In this document: positions 10,601-20,103 of the stretch, in pieces
How positions within the stretch are numbered: position 1 is the stretch's first letter
Layout: the number at the start of each line of letters is the position of its first letter
Program-made: the position numbers and the translations under genes
Notes under the pieces: model-generated
What the model saw: only the letters and a program-made list of their open reading frames with translations
What the model was told of the DNA's origin: nothing
The model's database searches: none
Origin: an uncultured Lentisphaeraceae bacterium
Lineage (GTDB): Bacteria; Verrucomicrobiota; Kiritimatiellia; RFP12; UBA1067
Reading direction: 5' to 3'
DNA length: 64,000 bases
Assembly (NCBI GenBank): GCA_964567665.1
Contig: CAZMNN010000004.1
Location: forward strand, 21,660 to 85,659

Positions 10601-11357
10601 CACGGCCGGAGAACATGTAAGGCCCGTTCGTGAGCGAAATGGCGCCCATGTCCCAGACGTTGGTGATCGTGCCGCCGCCAGAAAAGCCGTCGAGATATGT
10701 CGTCGTGGCGTCCTTGAGATCCAGCAGTGCGCCATTTTCGAGATGAACCGGTGTGTTGTTCGCGAAAAGATAGTTCGATGCCGACTTGAGTGTGGCGTCG
10801 CTGCGGATGGTGACCGGCGAGCGGATGGGGCAGGCCATCGGCGGAATGAATTCGGTTGTGCCGCCGGCGAAATCCCATGCCTTGAAGAATCCCCAGTCGG
10901 TGCCGCACATCCCGTTGCCGTCCGTGGCGGTAAGGAGGAGCGAACCGCGGCCCGTCTTCCGCAGGGTGGTCATGTAATGGGTCGCCGAGACAAGGGCATT
11001 CGATATGTTCAGGTTAACGCCGTCCGCGACATGAAGGTCAACGATGTCGTTCTTCAGATAGATGCGTGTATTGGAGGCGATATTCAGCAGGAACTTGCCG
11101 CCGCTAAGAAACCGCAGACCGCCGCATCTGCCGATGGCTGAGACGTTGACGGTATAGGATTCGGCATCGCCGGGATCGAACGTCACGACGTCATCCGTCG
11201 TCGGCACCTTGCCGGAAGACCAGTTGGCGGGTTCAGTCCACTCGCCGCCGTCTTGTCCCGTCCATGAAATATCCGCAGCGTACATGTGCGGCAGGACGAA
11301 TGTCAGGCAGACGGACAGCCATGTGGCGATGCCTTTCGGTGCGATCTTTGATGTCAT
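7635..11357 (-). CDS. giant secreted autotransporter-associated beta-strand-repeat (PATR-type) protein
   Basis: 1240 aa with a signal peptide, followed by ...ADISWTGQDGGEWTEPANWSSGKVPTTDDVVTFD... and repeated G/T/N-rich beta-helix-like repeats. Ends ...TVILR. Confidence 0.85.
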   Translation of the reverse strand: MTSKIAPKGIATWLSVCLTFVLPHMYAADISWTGQDGGEWTEPANWSSGKVPTTDDVVTFDPGDAESYTVNVSAIGRCGGLRFLSGGKFLLNIASNTRIYLKNDIVDLHVADGVNLNISNALVSATHYMTTLRKTGRGSLLLTATDGNGMCGTDWGFFKAWDFAGGTTEFIPPMACPIRSPVTIRSDATLKSASNYLFANNTPVHLENGALLDLKDATTTYLDGFSGGGTITNVWDMGAISLTNGPYMFSGRVHGDYERDNGARKYFARLSFAAQNDTPSEKFKFILGSSTAFTNVIASYKDASVAPISFAPEIGDFHLYRIIPEGDAALHLNDTDGKPVTLYSDCQNISQLRLSGTGQFCFNRGGERTLTASSLPLIDGFTGELGVRDARMILGDGTESGWPTNLPASVTLRSTYRGDGTWEGLRLNAPTSRTVEIGSRITGDGGVTLLGKVRLLNANLEGGVMYIGTNENDGTDVTISGGDCQLGRYYIYFFNDSVLTVENGAYLGGKNISTGAHYGRPLRHDQVFIYNGDSFTNRTMNVRTGGTVCWGQGIPDKVTVSDGGVFESHRGVSASPRAKTFLWNGGVFRALDYISMFNMNLDGGNGLITHYIGEKGMTLDIRCRDYPYDGGFHKVYFSKALETAPGAASDGGVRRIGAGFLLFKEPLAINGLFDNTDGTLVIGNYPAMLTGEGPLFGTGDFRLGNGRIEVATTNNDFGVNTAITAKIGTGGNFRYNGAGLVCVRLRSDDVVHSYELGEPVREDRGTLFFSDAASTFDGNVTFTTAPDTASDGRIIEPMFVTTSGQIDFASYANDKIAPYSGYAALANGGTAASAVRVNSLTTVSADTSVPALKIIGSSTADTSGTSGRSVLTISQGATLHVGDGVNPAPILLNNGGWMGAASIGGAGTLDFGTSEGIVVGSWLGNGRYAARIEAKITGSGGLTLAAPPSFDVSGMVLELDGANAYSGETVINGVQAIPGNDAAFSSGPIRIGGGTLAGGCIRFEKPGIKIANSITASGCGSRFHPTSGATFKNCLGAFLFTSNGEVAGKVDVTAPMRITAYGADVEGTFSNVISGDAIEIGSSSVGTPFTPGKIVFSACNTYTGGTEVIKSTLVLKDGGTAGTGIVLLNEATLEIANAERKTVQNAITGFGTIRLNGSATAEFTNLRSDDAAGFSLSLAKRANFIASLDGFSSITTPRTGITKLVVEDGSHLTFTGSVPANVTLMTPEEFSKPGFTVILR

Positions 11358-11765
11358 CGGAATCCCTCCTCAAAAACAGATGCGTATGATGGTAGCATAT
11401 TGTGTATTTATGCGCAATAGGGCGAAAAAAAAAATCAATTTTAAGCACGATGCCTTTTCACGCCTTTCGCGCATGGCGACACTTCAGAAATTTTCGGCCC
11501 ATTTCATTCCCCAGCCAATTGGATGATGATAAAGGAGTGTACAGATGTATGGTATAATCACGTCCGATGTAGATGTTGCAGGGGCAGTTCAACCCCGATG
11601 TCAAATGAAACTGACATGGCAAAGCGGAAAGATGGAGCGAAAAGGAACAGATCGTCTGCGGAGCCGTGCTTCTGGATGTTGTGGCGGCGCCGGTCGGATG
11701 TGTGACGGTCATGAACACAAAGGGGACTGTCTTGCTGTGTATAGACGTGGAGTTTATGATAAATC

Positions 11766-12101
11766 GTGTTTGCTCTAAAGGCAGTATTGGAATGGAGGGA
11801 AGGATTTGATGCCATATTCTGTTGTCAAAGTTTTTGTGCAACATCAAAAAGTTTAAAGTCATGGACGAGATTCAAGATTGCGTCAGAATTCCGCATCTAT
11901 GTCCAGTCTGCGTTTCGGATAGATGGCGAGGCAAAACGCAGACAGGAGACGGAGAGCTTGCGCAGAATCGGGGATTCGTTCAGGAAAGTTGTCGTTGTTG
12001 GCGGTGATTCCGATCTATGGACGGATGAGGATGGCATAGCCTACGTTGGAGTGATACCGTTTCTTTCCGATGAACGTATTCTGTCCAATGTGATGTCATA
12101 A
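11766..12101 (+). pseudogene. ORF fragment inside the AT-rich island, probably gene debris
   Basis: Roughly 15-20 points lower GC than the flanks, with many short overlapping ORFs on both strands. This 111-aa piece (…KVVVVGGDSDLWTDEDGIAYVGVIPFL…) has no start context and no recognised family. Confidence 0.2.
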
Positions 12102-12279
12102 GGCGGAGATTAAAGGACGGCATCAAATCACATTCGATTTCGACGGTCGCCTGTCCATTCATCAGAAGTGGTAAAAGCGTATCGCGCTGTTCGGTCAGGA
12201 ACACCAAGAGCGTCGGGCATTGCGGTAAACAGTGCGGACTGGTTTTGGATGAATCGCCGACACGGACATATACATGATT

Positions 12280-12288
12280 TGATATAAT
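12280..12288 (+). promoter_or_regulatory. extended -10 promoter TGATATAAT for truA
   Basis: Lies 75-84 nt upstream of the truA start. Confidence 0.5.
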
Positions 12289-12362
12289 CCGCACCATTGT
12301 TCATGCAACTTCTGCAGTGTGCGTCTGAATCTGCAGTGCCGGTCTAAACAGGAAAGGATGAC

Positions 12363-13118
12363 GTGTCGTTGATGGCACAGAGATACAAGATAACCGTCGC
12401 ATACGACGGCACGAGATATTCCGGATACCAGCTGCAGTCGAACGGCATATCCGTGCAGCAGATGCTTGAGGAGGTGCTGGAATATCTTAACCGCTCCACT
12501 GTGCGCGTGTTCGGGTCGTCCAGGACTGACGCTGGTGTCCACGCCAAGGGGTTTGTCGCCCATTTTGACCTCGACAAGCCCATACCTCCGCAGAACCTCC
12601 CTCGGGCGATGAACTCCCGGCTTCCGGATGACATCCGTGTGATGAAGGCGTCCCGCGCCAAGCCTGATTTCGATGCCCGCAAGGATGCAGTCGGGAAGGA
12701 GTACCGCTATTTTCTGTACAATGCGGACATCATGCCGCCGTGCCTTGCGCCGTACTGGGCGTTCATGCACAAGCCGCTTGACGTGGAGGCTATGCGCGAT
12801 GCGGCGGCGCGTTTTGTCGGCAAACGCGATTTTGCGCCGTTTGCCGCCAACCCGCACCGTACGCTTGAGACTACGGTGCGCACCGTGTTTTCGTTTGACG
12901 TTGCGAAGTCCGGTCCTCGAATCGTCTTCACCGTCCGGGGCGACGGATTCCTGTACAAGCAGGTGCGGAGCATGGTGGGATTCCTGATCCGCGTCGGACT
13001 TGGCGATGAACCGCCATCCGCAGTGACGGAAATCCTTGACGGACGTCACCCGCGTACGGCGCGCGTCCCGACAGCCACCGGCAGAGGCCTGTTTCTCTGG
13101 AAGGTGTTCTACCGGTGA
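12363..13118 (+). CDS. truA: tRNA pseudouridine(38-40) synthase
   Basis: RYKITVAYDGTRYSGYQLQ...GSSRTDAGVHA matches the TruA signature. The ATG at 12372 is the more likely start; the GTG at 12363 is the longest option. Confidence 0.9.
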   Translation: MSLMAQRYKITVAYDGTRYSGYQLQSNGISVQQMLEEVLEYLNRSTVRVFGSSRTDAGVHAKGFVAHFDLDKPIPPQNLPRAMNSRLPDDIRVMKASRAKPDFDARKDAVGKEYRYFLYNADIMPPCLAPYWAFMHKPLDVEAMRDAAARFVGKRDFAPFAANPHRTLETTVRTVFSFDVAKSGPRIVFTVRGDGFLYKQVRSMVGFLIRVGLGDEPPSAVTEILDGRHPRTARVPTATGRGLFLWKVFYR

Positions 13119-13159
13119 ACGTCTCCGGTGTGAACGCGCCGATGGACAAGACGGTTTTG

Positions 13160-13168
13160 TGATATAAT
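13160..13168 (+). promoter_or_regulatory. extended -10 promoter TGATATAAT for the small-protein/acyltransferase operon
   Basis: Ends 47 nt before ATG 13216. Confidence 0.5.
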
Positions 13169-13215
13169 GAACCGCATTTCCAGTATGTTTTAATTGATGC
13201 AAGGAGATACATTCA

Positions 13216-13572
13216 ATGGCATGTTTTACCGTTCCGCTTACGGCGGCGGCCGTGGCTACGGCCGTAAAGTCCACATTGCCGGAGGCGGCCCGCAGAAATC
13301 CGTTTGCCGCAAGGTTCGGCTGGCTCTGCAAGATGATGTTCGGCGGCAGCTTTCTGCTGGCGATTGAGCATGTATATCACGGTGAGGTGATTTTCGTGCC
13401 GCCGTTCCTCACCGCAGTCCGTGACTGTGCTGTGTCCGAAATGCTCCGCGAAATGGCGACGAGGGGCGTGACGATGGCCGTTGCCGTCATTGCCGCATGG
13501 GCTGCGATGGTTGCTGTGTCGGCATGGGTCGAGCGTTCGCAGTCAATCGCTTCCGCACCGCAAGGGACGTGA
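13216..13572 (+). CDS. small hydrophobic protein
   Basis: RBS caaggagat precedes the ATG, and a TGATATAAT promoter lies upstream. Two hydrophobic segments. Confidence 0.5.
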   Translation: MACFTVPLTAAAVATAVKSTLPEAARRNPFAARFGWLCKMMFGGSFLLAIEHVYHGEVIFVPPFLTAVRDCAVSEMLREMATRGVTMAVAVIAAWAAMVAVSAWVERSQSIASAPQGT

Positions 13573-13574
13573 CG

Positions 13575-13868
13575 ATGTGCGAACTCATGGCAATCGCCGC
13601 CGCCGTTGCGTTCACCACTGTCCATTTCCGTTCGCGGCGTGGCGGGAAGCTCCGCTCTGCATCATTCACCACCGCCCTGATGTTCTGGGGTGCAGCGATA
13701 ATGTGGGGAGTGGATTGCGTGGCAAACGCGATGGAAGGTGAGGCGCTGCTTGACGTCAGCGTCGGCGATTCTGTTCTTGGTGCGATTGTCGTCGTCGCCG
13801 GGCTTGCGGTGTTTGCTCTCCTGATGTTGCTTGGCCGCTGCAATGATGTTCGCGGTGAGGTGTCATGA
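13575..13868 (+). CDS. small membrane protein
   Basis: In-frame ATG 2 nt after the previous stop. Two or three TM segments. The last codon overlaps the next gene's start as ATGA. Confidence 0.45.
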   Translation: MCELMAIAAAVAFTTVHFRSRRGGKLRSASFTTALMFWGAAIMWGVDCVANAMEGEALLDVSVGDSVLGAIVVVAGLAVFALLMLLGRCNDVRGEVS

Positions 13869-14956
13869 AGCGAATTGCGTTTCTCGATTGGTTGCGTGTG
13901 ATCGCCTGTTTCATGGTGATGGCGATTCATGCCTGCGAACCGTTCTACCTTGGCGGCAAGGCGCCGGACGTGACGTTCATCGCCGACAGGTGGGATGCAC
14001 TGTGGATAACCGTGACCGAGTGCATCTGCCGGGTATGTGTTCCGCTGTTTGTGATAACGTCGTCCTATCTTCTGTTTCCGGTGCGCTGTCCGACGGGCGA
14101 ATTCTTCAAACGCCGCCTTGTCCGCATTGCCGTTCCGTTCGCAATCTGGGCTGCGGCGTATGTGGCGTACGCAGGTGGAAGCTGGAGCAGACTGTGCTTC
14201 AATTTCCCGGATGAGGGCGGTCATCTGTGGTTTGTGCCGATGATTCTTGGCCTGTACGTCGTGATGCCTCTGCTGTCCCCATGGGCGGAGCGCGTAGGGC
14301 GCAAGGAGCTGTGCGGCTGGATTGCCGCATGGCTGTTCACGACGCTTTTCCCGTTTATCCGCTTTGCGTGGAGCGGACTTTTTGGCGAACCGCCGTTCGG
14401 TGCGGTGCCGTACCTGTGGGGTGAATGTCCGTGGAACGCTTTCGGAACGTTCCATTACGTTAGCGGCTTCATCGGCTATGTGCTGGTCGGCCTTTGGTTC
14501 CGCAGGTTCGCTCCCGATATGGGATGGCGGCGGACGCTTTGCGTCGCAACGCCCCTTTGGCTCGCCGGCATCGCAATGATAGGGCTTCCGTTCTACTTCC
14601 GCATTCCGTCGTTTCCGTATTCGGCGTCGTATTCGGCTGCCGTATCGCTTGAGATGAGCATCGAGTACAACTCTCTCGGCGTTGCGCTCGCTACGATTGC
14701 GGTGTTCATGCTTTTCCGCAAGTTCGACTTTAAGGGTGCGGTGTATGAAAGGGTGGTGCGTCCGCTCTCGGAGGCAAGCTACGGAATGTATCTTGTGCAT
14801 ATGTTCATCCTGCCGGCGGCGTTTGAGGCGTTGCGTCCACACCTCGCAACCCCGTTGACGATCCTTCTTGCTGCGATGGTCGCGTTCATGGCGTCGGCCG
14901 CCGTCGCGATTGCTATCCGGAAGATTCCGGCTGTCGGACGGGTTGTATGCGGGTGA
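13865..14956 (+). CDS. acyltransferase family 3 (OatA/OpgC-like) membrane protein
   Basis: N-terminus FLDWLRVIACFMVMAIHACEPFY is typical of Acyl_transf_3. About 10 TM helices. Confidence 0.85.
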   Translation: MKRIAFLDWLRVIACFMVMAIHACEPFYLGGKAPDVTFIADRWDALWITVTECICRVCVPLFVITSSYLLFPVRCPTGEFFKRRLVRIAVPFAIWAAAYVAYAGGSWSRLCFNFPDEGGHLWFVPMILGLYVVMPLLSPWAERVGRKELCGWIAAWLFTTLFPFIRFAWSGLFGEPPFGAVPYLWGECPWNAFGTFHYVSGFIGYVLVGLWFRRFAPDMGWRRTLCVATPLWLAGIAMIGLPFYFRIPSFPYSASYSAAVSLEMSIEYNSLGVALATIAVFMLFRKFDFKGAVYERVVRPLSEASYGMYLVHMFILPAAFEALRPHLATPLTILLAAMVAFMASAAVAIAIRKIPAVGRVVCG

Positions 14957-15002
14957 CGTTGCGCAGAGATGACATTCAACGCAGCTACATGGGGGTGCAG
15001 AC

Positions 15003-15965
15003 ATGATTGACATGAAGACAGATCTTGGCGGGCTTCAGATGGCGACGCCCGTCACGACGGCAAGCGGCACGTTCGGGTACGGCATGGAGTACGTCGGACT
15101 TCTCGACTATACGCGCCTTGGCGCTGTCACCGTGAAGGGTGTGCGACGCGATCCATGGCCGGGCAATGCGATGCCTCGCCATTGTGAGGTTCCGGGCGGA
15201 CTTGTCAACGCGATTGGCCTGCAGGGGCCTGGCGTAGAGGCGTTTGTCAAAGACTACGTTCCGCATTACGAAAACGCGGTGTCGAAAGCCCTGGCCGCAT
15301 CCGGAGCACAGCAGAGCGCCGTGCCGCCGCTGATCGTCAACATCTGGGGCGGTTCGGTCGAGGAGTATGCGGAGGTCGCGGCGCGTCTTTCCGCAGAACC
15401 GCGCAACCCTCTCATCGGGGCGATAGAGTGCAATGTGAGCTGTCCGAACGTGAAACAGGGCGGCCATACGTTTGGACAGGATCCGGCAGTGCTTGCCGGA
15501 CTCGTGAAGGCGGTGAGGGCGGCAACCGCGCTTCCTCTCATCGTGAAGCTTGCGCCGAACGTGCCGGACATCAGGCCCTATGTCGCTGCGTGTGAAGAGA
15601 ACGGCGCAAATGCGATTGCGCTCATCAACACCATTCCGGCGATGGTGATAGACATCAAGACGCGTCGTCCTGTTCTCGCGAACGTCACCGGCGGACTTTC
15701 CGGACGTTGCGTACATCCGGTTGCGGTGAAGTGCGTCTACGATGCGCATCGCTTCTCGTCGATTCCCATACTGGCGATGGGTGGCGTGTACGGCTGGCAG
15801 GATGCCGTGGAGCTGATGCTTGCCGGTGCGACAGCCGTTGCGGTCGGCACGGCGACGTTCACCGATCCAGGCGCAGCAGCAGCGGTCGCTGACGGGATCG
15901 CGGCGTATTGCGAAGAGAACGGCTTTTCATCGGTGCGCGAACTGACGGGCGCACTCGCCTCCTGA
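15003..15965 (+). CDS. pyrD: dihydroorotate dehydrogenase, class 1 catalytic subunit
   Basis: Class-1 PyrD motifs TTASGTFGYG, NVSCPN and the FMN-binding C-terminal region. Confidence 0.9.
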   Translation: MIDMKTDLGGLQMATPVTTASGTFGYGMEYVGLLDYTRLGAVTVKGVRRDPWPGNAMPRHCEVPGGLVNAIGLQGPGVEAFVKDYVPHYENAVSKALAASGAQQSAVPPLIVNIWGGSVEEYAEVAARLSAEPRNPLIGAIECNVSCPNVKQGGHTFGQDPAVLAGLVKAVRAATALPLIVKLAPNVPDIRPYVAACEENGANAIALINTIPAMVIDIKTRRPVLANVTGGLSGRCVHPVAVKCVYDAHRFSSIPILAMGGVYGWQDAVELMLAGATAVAVGTATFTDPGAAAAVADGIAAYCEENGFSSVRELTGALAS

Positions 15966-15972
15966 CCGGATC

Positions 15973-16815
15973 ATGGCCAAATCACGCAACATACCGGGTT
16001 CGGTGCTGATCACGGGCGCATCGAGCGGAATCGGAGAGGCCTTGGCGGTCGCCTGTGCACGGCGGGGAGTGCGCAACATCTTCATATGCGGACGGAACGT
16101 CGAGCGCATTGCGGCGGTTGTCGGCAGGTGCGAGGCGGCGGCATCCGGAAGTGTGCGCGTCTCCGGAAAGGCTGTCGATGTGACCGATGAGCGGGCGATG
16201 CGCGAATGGATTGAAGAATGTGACGGGATTGCGCCCCTTGAGGTCGTGTTCTCCAACGCCGGAATAGGGACGGGGGCGGAAAGCGCAGATAACGTGCGGC
16301 GCACGTTTGCCACAAATGTGGGTGGCGGACTCAACACCGTGCTGCCGTCGATAGATCTGTTCCGCAGGAATGCGACATGGGCGGATGGGCGTCCGCGTCG
16401 GCGGCAAATCGTCATTACGGCAAGCATTGCGGGCTATGCGCCGCTCTCCACGTGTCCGTCATATGCGGCGACAAAGGCTGCGATGAAGAGCTGGGGGCTT
16501 TCTCTGCGCGGGATGCTGAAGCGCGAAGGCATATGGGTGAATGTGCTGTGTCCGGGGTTCGTGCGTTCGCGCATAACCGAACGCAACACCTGCCCCATGC
16601 CGTTCTTCATGGAGGCGGATCGCGCCGCAGGAATCATCCTTGACCGTGTGGACCGCAATGTCGGGCTGATTGCGTTTCCGTGGCCGATGCGCTTCGGTGT
16701 GTGGTTCATGGCGTCGCTTCCGTGGTGGATTTCCGAAACAATCGCCCGACTGCTGCCGGAAAAGACGTCGTCAGGGAAATGCAAGGGACGCAACGGCGGG
16801 GAGATAGCGTTTTGA
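15973..16815 (+). CDS. SDR-family oxidoreductase
   Basis: TGASSGIG Rossmann motif and the downstream SDR pattern (YAATKAA). Confidence 0.85.
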   Translation: MAKSRNIPGSVLITGASSGIGEALAVACARRGVRNIFICGRNVERIAAVVGRCEAAASGSVRVSGKAVDVTDERAMREWIEECDGIAPLEVVFSNAGIGTGAESADNVRRTFATNVGGGLNTVLPSIDLFRRNATWADGRPRRRQIVITASIAGYAPLSTCPSYAATKAAMKSWGLSLRGMLKREGIWVNVLCPGFVRSRITERNTCPMPFFMEADRAAGIILDRVDRNVGLIAFPWPMRFGVWFMASLPWWISETIARLLPEKTSSGKCKGRNGGEIAF

Positions 16816-18095
16816 CGGTCCCGGAGATACTTGCGCCGGCTGGAGACATGACCTGTCTGCAGGCCGCGCTCGATGCCGGTGCGGACGCCGTGTATTTCGG
16901 TCTCGGCGAATTCAACATGCGCCGGAGGGCGGGCATCAATTTCCGGATGGAGGATCTGCCGGAGATAAAGCGCCGCTGCGAAGCGGTCTGCCGCCAGGGA
17001 ACTGGCCGCCGCCAGGTTCCCGTGCGGCGCTATCTTGCGCTGAACGCGATAATGTTTGAGGACGAGGCGGATGAGGTCGAGCGGCTGATATGCGCCGCAA
17101 AGCCGTATGTCGATGCATTCATCGTGGCGGACTGGGGTATTGTTTCGCTGTGCCGCAGACACGGAGTGAAGTTCCACATATCTACGCAGATGAGCGTCTC
17201 CAATTCGGCCGCAGCCCGCTTCGTCAGAGAGCAGGGTGCATCGCGGGTGGTGCTTGCTCGCGAATGTACGCTTCCGGAAGTCAAACGCATCGTCGCCGAG
17301 TGCGGTTTGGAGGTGGAGTGCTTCGTCCACGGCGCACAGTGCGTCGCGGAAAGCGGAAGATGCATGATGAGCCATTACGCCTACGGGTGCAGCGCGAACC
17401 GGGGTGAATGCCGCCAGCCGTGCAGGCGGATGTTTCTCGTCAAGGCGGTGGATCTCTATTCCGATGGGGACGGAAAGCCGATCCATGATTCGGATACGCA
17501 GTTTGCGGTAGAGCCGCATACCGTGATGTCGGCCAAGGATCTGTGTTCACTGCCGTTCGTGGACAGGCTGATGGATGCCGGAATCGCTTCATTCAAGATT
17601 GAAGGACGCGCCCGAAACGCCGAATATGTCATGACGGTCGTAGGTGCATACCGTGAGGCTGTGGATGCCGTTGTTGCGGGTACGTATTCCAAGTCGCTTG
17701 CGGAGAGGCTGGTTGAACGCACAAAAAGGTTCTTCCACAGAGAGTATTCCTGCGGACTGTATTTTGGGCGTCCTGGGGAGGATCAATTCACCGATACGCC
17801 GAACTCGTCTGCGAGGGAGGTCAAGCGGCATGTCGGCATTGTGCTGGATTATTTTCTCAAGGCCGGGATTGCGCAGGTGAAGATCCAGGATGCCGCCGTG
17901 AAGGTGGGCGATCTCGTGCAGGTGCACGGATCGACAACGGGCGTGAAGGAGTTTCGCATTGAGTCCATGCGCAGGGACGGCGAAGTCCCGGAGGTTGCGG
18001 AGAAGGGGACGTGGGTGACGTTTCCGGCGCCGCGATGCAGGGTGGGCGACAAGGTGTTTCTTGTCAGCCCGGTTGCAAAGGATTCGTCGGTATGA
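16812..18095 (+). CDS. peptidase U32 family protein (collagenase/PrtC-like; RlhA/TrhP family)
   Basis: LTVPEILAPAGD...DAVYFGLGEFNMRRRAGINF is typical of U32. Probable TTG start at 16812 overlapping the SDR stop as TTGA; the longest ORF (from 16680) would overlap the SDR gene extensively. Confidence 0.8.
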   Translation: MTVPEILAPAGDMTCLQAALDAGADAVYFGLGEFNMRRRAGINFRMEDLPEIKRRCEAVCRQGTGRRQVPVRRYLALNAIMFEDEADEVERLICAAKPYVDAFIVADWGIVSLCRRHGVKFHISTQMSVSNSAAARFVREQGASRVVLARECTLPEVKRIVAECGLEVECFVHGAQCVAESGRCMMSHYAYGCSANRGECRQPCRRMFLVKAVDLYSDGDGKPIHDSDTQFAVEPHTVMSAKDLCSLPFVDRLMDAGIASFKIEGRARNAEYVMTVVGAYREAVDAVVAGTYSKSLAERLVERTKRFFHREYSCGLYFGRPGEDQFTDTPNSSAREVKRHVGIVLDYFLKAGIAQVKIQDAAVKVGDLVQVHGSTTGVKEFRIESMRRDGEVPEVAEKGTWVTFPAPRCRVGDKVFLVSPVAKDSSV

Positions 18096-18110
18096 ACTGG
18101 CGAGGTTGTC

Positions 18111-19310
18111 GTGTCGAAAGCGTTTCCGCATAGATGGATGAGCGTCGCTGTCGCCGTTCTGTCGCTCGCGATCTGCGGCGGAGCGTTTGCGTCCGGCACA
18201 TATAGTGCGGCGCAGGGCATATTGAACGCATTGGCCGGAAGCCTGTCGGTGGATGTCAGACAAATCCATGGGGCCGGTTCGGACGGAAAACTGTCTTTGG
18301 CGAGACTGCGGATACAGCCTTCAGAGTGGATGGAGATTGCGCAGGCGTTCACCGAAGTGGTTGACGTGATGGGCAAGTCTGGTGCGAGGCGGGCAGCCCA
18401 CATTGCGCGGTTGAAGGAGCAGGGCTTGGAGGAGGAGCCGATGTCCGAGGCGGGTGTCGCGTTTGAGATGGAGGTGATGAACAACCGCTTCGCGTTCGAC
18501 AGGTATGGATGTCTGCATTTCGACGACCGTTTCGTAAAGGAAGAGGAGCGCCCGGCATTGCGGAAAGTTGAATCGCTGTACAGAAGATTCCACCGGCGAT
18601 GGGCGGCGGAACGCCGGCTCGACGGCAGCCGGAAGGCATCAGGCGCACAGGACGGAAAGTCCGTAAAGGATAGGCATGACGACTGCATGGACATCGCAGA
18701 CCGCAGGAAGGAATGGCGCATACGGCGTGTTCCTGTGTTTCGTGGTTTTGAGGACGACCGCTATCAGGAGCATGATGCGCTCATCGTCCGATGTGTGGAC
18801 GAGTTCAACCGCAACCGTGCGGCATGGGCAGGCGCTACGGGGAGTCAGGGGCGTCAGATACCTATGCTCACGACCGCACTGGTGAAATCGCACATGATCG
18901 AGGAGACGGGTGGACGGGACGCCAGGTCGCTTGCCGCATGGGAGGCTGATCCTCTTCAGGTAAATGTCCCAGGAGACTGGAGCGACGCCAAGACCGATGT
19001 CGGCCTTGCGAAACCGAAAAGGCGAAATGAAGGTACGGCGGAGCAGAACATCAAGGCCGCAATCAAGTATCTTGTCCGCAAGGGATTCGGCGTGAGCGGA
19101 CAGCGGGCGGCAAAGCGTCCATCCGGCACGTTCGACGGTTGGCAGACGGCGCTCAAAAGGTACAATGGACGCAATCAAGACAAGGTTGACGGCAAGACGT
19201 ACAGTGAGGTATACGCCGAACACATCGTCTCACGCGCCAACGATCCTGACAAATTTGTGGCCATCAGAAAAAGGGTGGACGGTAAACATCAAGGAGTTGA
19301 TCAGAAATGA
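18111..19310 (+). CDS. secreted hypothetical protein, possibly with a lysozyme/SLT-like C-terminal domain
   Basis: Signal peptide MSVAVAVLSLAICGGAFASG. The C-terminal region (...MIEETGGRDARSLAAWEADPLQV...) is weakly lytic-transglycosylase-like. Its stop overlaps the folP start as ATGA. Confidence 0.6.
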   Translation: MSKAFPHRWMSVAVAVLSLAICGGAFASGTYSAAQGILNALAGSLSVDVRQIHGAGSDGKLSLARLRIQPSEWMEIAQAFTEVVDVMGKSGARRAAHIARLKEQGLEEEPMSEAGVAFEMEVMNNRFAFDRYGCLHFDDRFVKEEERPALRKVESLYRRFHRRWAAERRLDGSRKASGAQDGKSVKDRHDDCMDIADRRKEWRIRRVPVFRGFEDDRYQEHDALIVRCVDEFNRNRAAWAGATGSQGRQIPMLTTALVKSHMIEETGGRDARSLAAWEADPLQVNVPGDWSDAKTDVGLAKPKRRNEGTAEQNIKAAIKYLVRKGFGVSGQRAAKRPSGTFDGWQTALKRYNGRNQDKVDGKTYSEVYAEHIVSRANDPDKFVAIRKRVDGKHQGVDQK

Positions 19311-20098
19311 CAAAGGTGATGGGCATAGTGAACGTGACGCCTGATTCTTTTTCCGATGGCGGCATGTATTTCCGTCCGGAAGAAGCTGTCCGGCGGGCGT
19401 GGAACCTGATTGCCGAAGGTGCGGCGATCATCGATTTCGGCGCCGAATCGACGCGGCCCGGCTATACGCCGCTGTCATGGTCGGATGAATGGGCGCGGCT
19501 TGAGCCTGTGCTGGGGGCGTTTTTCGGGTCTGCGCCGGATCGAGAGATGCGTTCGCGTCTGAGCCGGAGGGCGGACGCTTCCGGCGTAGCCGTGTCTGTG
19601 GACACGTACCATCCGGAGACGGCCCGCCGTGCCGTCTCGGCCGGCGTCAGAATCATCAATTGCGTATACGCGGAGCCTGTCCCCGAAATGCTTGAGATTC
19701 TGAATGAATTTCCAGGCACTGAGATTGTCATGCCGGTCGGCAGCTTTGGTCTTGTGGAGCATGACGACGGAATGAAATCGCGCACGTACATCGATCCGAT
19801 GATTGGGTTCGGAACTACGCGAGAGGAGGATCTGAATCTGCTCAGGTCTGTTCCGGAGCTTGCGAAAAAGGCGCGTGTGCTGGTTGGCGCGAGCAGGAAG
19901 CGCATAGTCAAGAAGCTCACAGGAGAGAAGGTGACCGGCAAGAACCTTGGCGGCAACATCGGAATCGCCGCATGGTGCGCATTCAGCGGTGCATCCGTCG
20001 TGCGAGTGCACGACGTCCGCGAGACGTTTCAGGCAATCAAGGTGATGAATGCAATCTGCGGTCGATCGGATGATTCCGGTCTTGCCGACGGCAACTGA
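19307..20098 (+). CDS. folP: dihydropteroate synthase
   Basis: MGIVNVTPDSFSDGG...IDFGAESTRPG matches the FolP signature. Confidence 0.9.
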   Translation: MTKVMGIVNVTPDSFSDGGMYFRPEEAVRRAWNLIAEGAAIIDFGAESTRPGYTPLSWSDEWARLEPVLGAFFGSAPDREMRSRLSRRADASGVAVSVDTYHPETARRAVSAGVRIINCVYAEPVPEMLEILNEFPGTEIVMPVGSFGLVEHDDGMKSRTYIDPMIGFGTTREEDLNLLRSVPELAKKARVLVGASRKRIVKKLTGEKVTGKNLGGNIGIAAWCAFSGASVVRVHDVRETFQAIKVMNAICGRSDDSGLADGN

Positions 20099-20103
20099 TT
20101 GAA

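Noticed and set aside
12195-15013. 378-aa and 508-aa minus-strand ORFs opposite truA and the acyltransferase
   Set aside because: They overlap confidently assigned plus-strand genes and are Arg-rich low-complexity antisense frames.
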